Assembly: GCA_041739675.1 (NCBI GenBank) | Contig: JBGSNL010000066.1 | Location: 1 to 26,331, forward strand | Reading direction: 5' to 3' | DNA length: 26,331 nt | Origin: a bacterium | Lineage (GTDB): Bacteria > UBA10199 > 2-02-FULL-44-16 > DYJF01 | Program-made: the position numbers and the translations under genes | The notes under the pieces: model-generated | Databases searched by the model: none | Told to the model about the DNA's origin: nothing | Seen by the model: the letters and a program-made list of their open reading frames with translations, nothing else | In this document: positions 25,007 to 26,331 of the stretch, one piece after another | Layout: each line of letters begins with the position of its first letter | Position numbering within the stretch: the first letter of the stretch is position 1

Positions 25007-25987
25007 ATGAAGACTGATTATGAAGGAAAAGGCGAACTCTTCATGAACCCCGATCCCGACGTCGCCCGCGAGCACTTCAAAAAGAAAAACCGCGAGATGG
25101 TGAGCAAGAAGATGACGGTCAAAGAGGCCGTCTCGAAATTCGTTCCCGACGGATGCTACGTGGCGATCGGCGGTTTCGGCGCGGTGCGCGTTCCGGTCGC
25201 GGCGATGCACGAGATCGTGAGACAGAAAAGGAAAAATCTGGGACTCTCCGGCCACACGGCCACGCATGATTTCCAGCTTCTTGCTGCGGGCGAATGTTTC
25301 AACCGTTGCGACGTCGCGTACATAATAGGTCTTGAGGCGCGCGGTGTTTCCAAAAATGCGCGTAAATATATCGAGAGCGGCAAGGTGAAATGTGTTGAGT
25401 GGACGAATGCCGGCATGGCGTGGCGCTTCAAGGCGGCGGCCCTGGGCGTTCCGTTCCTGATAGGGAGACAGAGTCTTGGCGCCGATTCGCTCAAATGGAG
25501 CGCGTCCAAGGTAATTGAGTGCCCATACACTGGAAAGAAATTTGCCACTTTCCCCGCACTCTATCCCGATGTCGCGATAATCCACGTCAACGACGCCGAC
25601 ATCTACGGCAACTGCGTGATCCGCGGAGTTTCAATAGCCGACGAGGACCTTGCCCGCGCGGCGAAACACGTGATTATCACGTGCGAGCGCATCGTGGACA
25701 CGGAAGAATTCAGAAAAGATCCGCATCAGGTGATGATTCCGTATTTCTGCGTCGATGCGGTTTGCGAGACGCGCTACGGAGGCTATCCCGGCAACATGCC
25801 CTTTGAATATTTCTCCGACGAGAAGCACATCAAGGAATGGCTCGCGATAGAAGAGGATGCGGCCGCGTTCAAAAAATTTCTGGATGACAACATCTTCAAC
25901 GTGAAAGATTTTGACGAATACCTTGAAAAACACGGCGGCAAAAAAAGAATGGAAGAGCTCCGCCGTATGGAATTTCTCGAATCCTAA
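25007..25987 (+). CDS. gctA: Family I CoA-transferase subunit A (glutaconate CoA-transferase-like)
   Basis: EAVSKFVPDG..AIGGFG, RFKAAALGVPF, PDVAIIHV..ADIYGN, ARAAKHVIITCERIV, IPYFCVDAV; substrate not determinable. Confidence 0.85.
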   Translation: MKTDYEGKGELFMNPDPDVAREHFKKKNREMVSKKMTVKEAVSKFVPDGCYVAIGGFGAVRVPVAAMHEIVRQKRKNLGLSGHTATHDFQLLAAGECFNRCDVAYIIGLEARGVSKNARKYIESGKVKCVEWTNAGMAWRFKAAALGVPFLIGRQSLGADSLKWSASKVIECPYTGKKFATFPALYPDVAIIHVNDADIYGNCVIRGVSIADEDLARAAKHVIITCERIVDTEEFRKDPHQVMIPYFCVDAVCETRYGGYPGNMPFEYFSDEKHIKEWLAIEEDAAAFKKFLDDNIFNVKDFDEYLEKHGGKKRMEELRRMEFLES

Positions 25988-25997
25988 GGAGATGGCC

Positions 25998-26331
25998 ATG
26001 ACCGATTACAATTCCATGGAACTAATGATCTGTGCCGCGGCCGATTTTCTGGAGAACGGGGCGTCGGTGGTTGTGGGAACGGGGGCGCCATGTGCGGCCG
26101 CGATGCTTGCGCAGAAGACGAGCGCGCCCAATCTTCTGGTCCTCTTCGAGGCCGGCGGGATCGCGCCGGAGCTTCCGACCATGCCCATCTCAGTGGGTGA
26201 TTCAAGAACCACATGGCGCGCGCTCATGGCATCGTCGATGACCGAAACAATGACGTTGGCGGCGCGCGGAATGGTGGACTACGCGTTTTTGGGCGGCGCG
26301 CAGATAGATATGTACGGAAACCTGAATTCGA
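25998..26331 (+). CDS. gctB: Family I CoA-transferase subunit B, truncated by window end
   Basis: Manual translation: MTDYNSMELMICAAADFLENGASVVVGTGAP..APNLLVLFEAGG..DYAFLGGAQIDMYGNLNS; AAGGAG RBS; absent from the ORF track because no stop lies in the window. Confidence 0.85.
   Translation, partial: MTDYNSMELMICAAADFLENGASVVVGTGAPCAAAMLAQKTSAPNLLVLFEAGGIAPELPTMPISVGDSRTTWRALMASSMTETMTLAARGMVDYAFLGGAQIDMYGNLNS

Overview
Bacterial window, mostly GC-balanced; gene content fits a deltaproteobacterial-type organism (inference). It has three parts. (1) 51-12476: a complex I operon nuoC-D-E-F-G-H-J-K-L-M-N with no nuoI, a short NuoG, a long NuoH and a translationally coupled YkgJ-type Cys-cluster gene. 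(2) ~12.45-17.4 kb: an AT-richer accessory island with an ORF6N DNA-binding protein, three membrane proteins, a stand-alone SIR2-like protein and a BrnT/BrnA toxin-antitoxin pair. Two inward-facing sigma54 promoters with near-identical NtrC-type enhancer boxes bracket the island, and two pairs of intergenic direct repeats lie inside it (one promoter-like, one resembling IS30-family ends). The ORF6N gene contains a perfect 31-bp palindrome in its coding sequence whose 13-bp core recurs in a 29-bp palindrome over its predicted transcription start; this is the most striking signal. (3) 17.7-26.3 kb: PDZ/DUF512 radical-SAM-like gene, PTS EIIA plus KimA-like APC transporter, orphans, LD-carboxypeptidase, serine hydrolase and a two-subunit CoA-transferase truncated at the edge. 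No rRNA, tRNA, CRISPR, integrase or transposase was recognised. All family calls are by motif recognition; no database searches were run.
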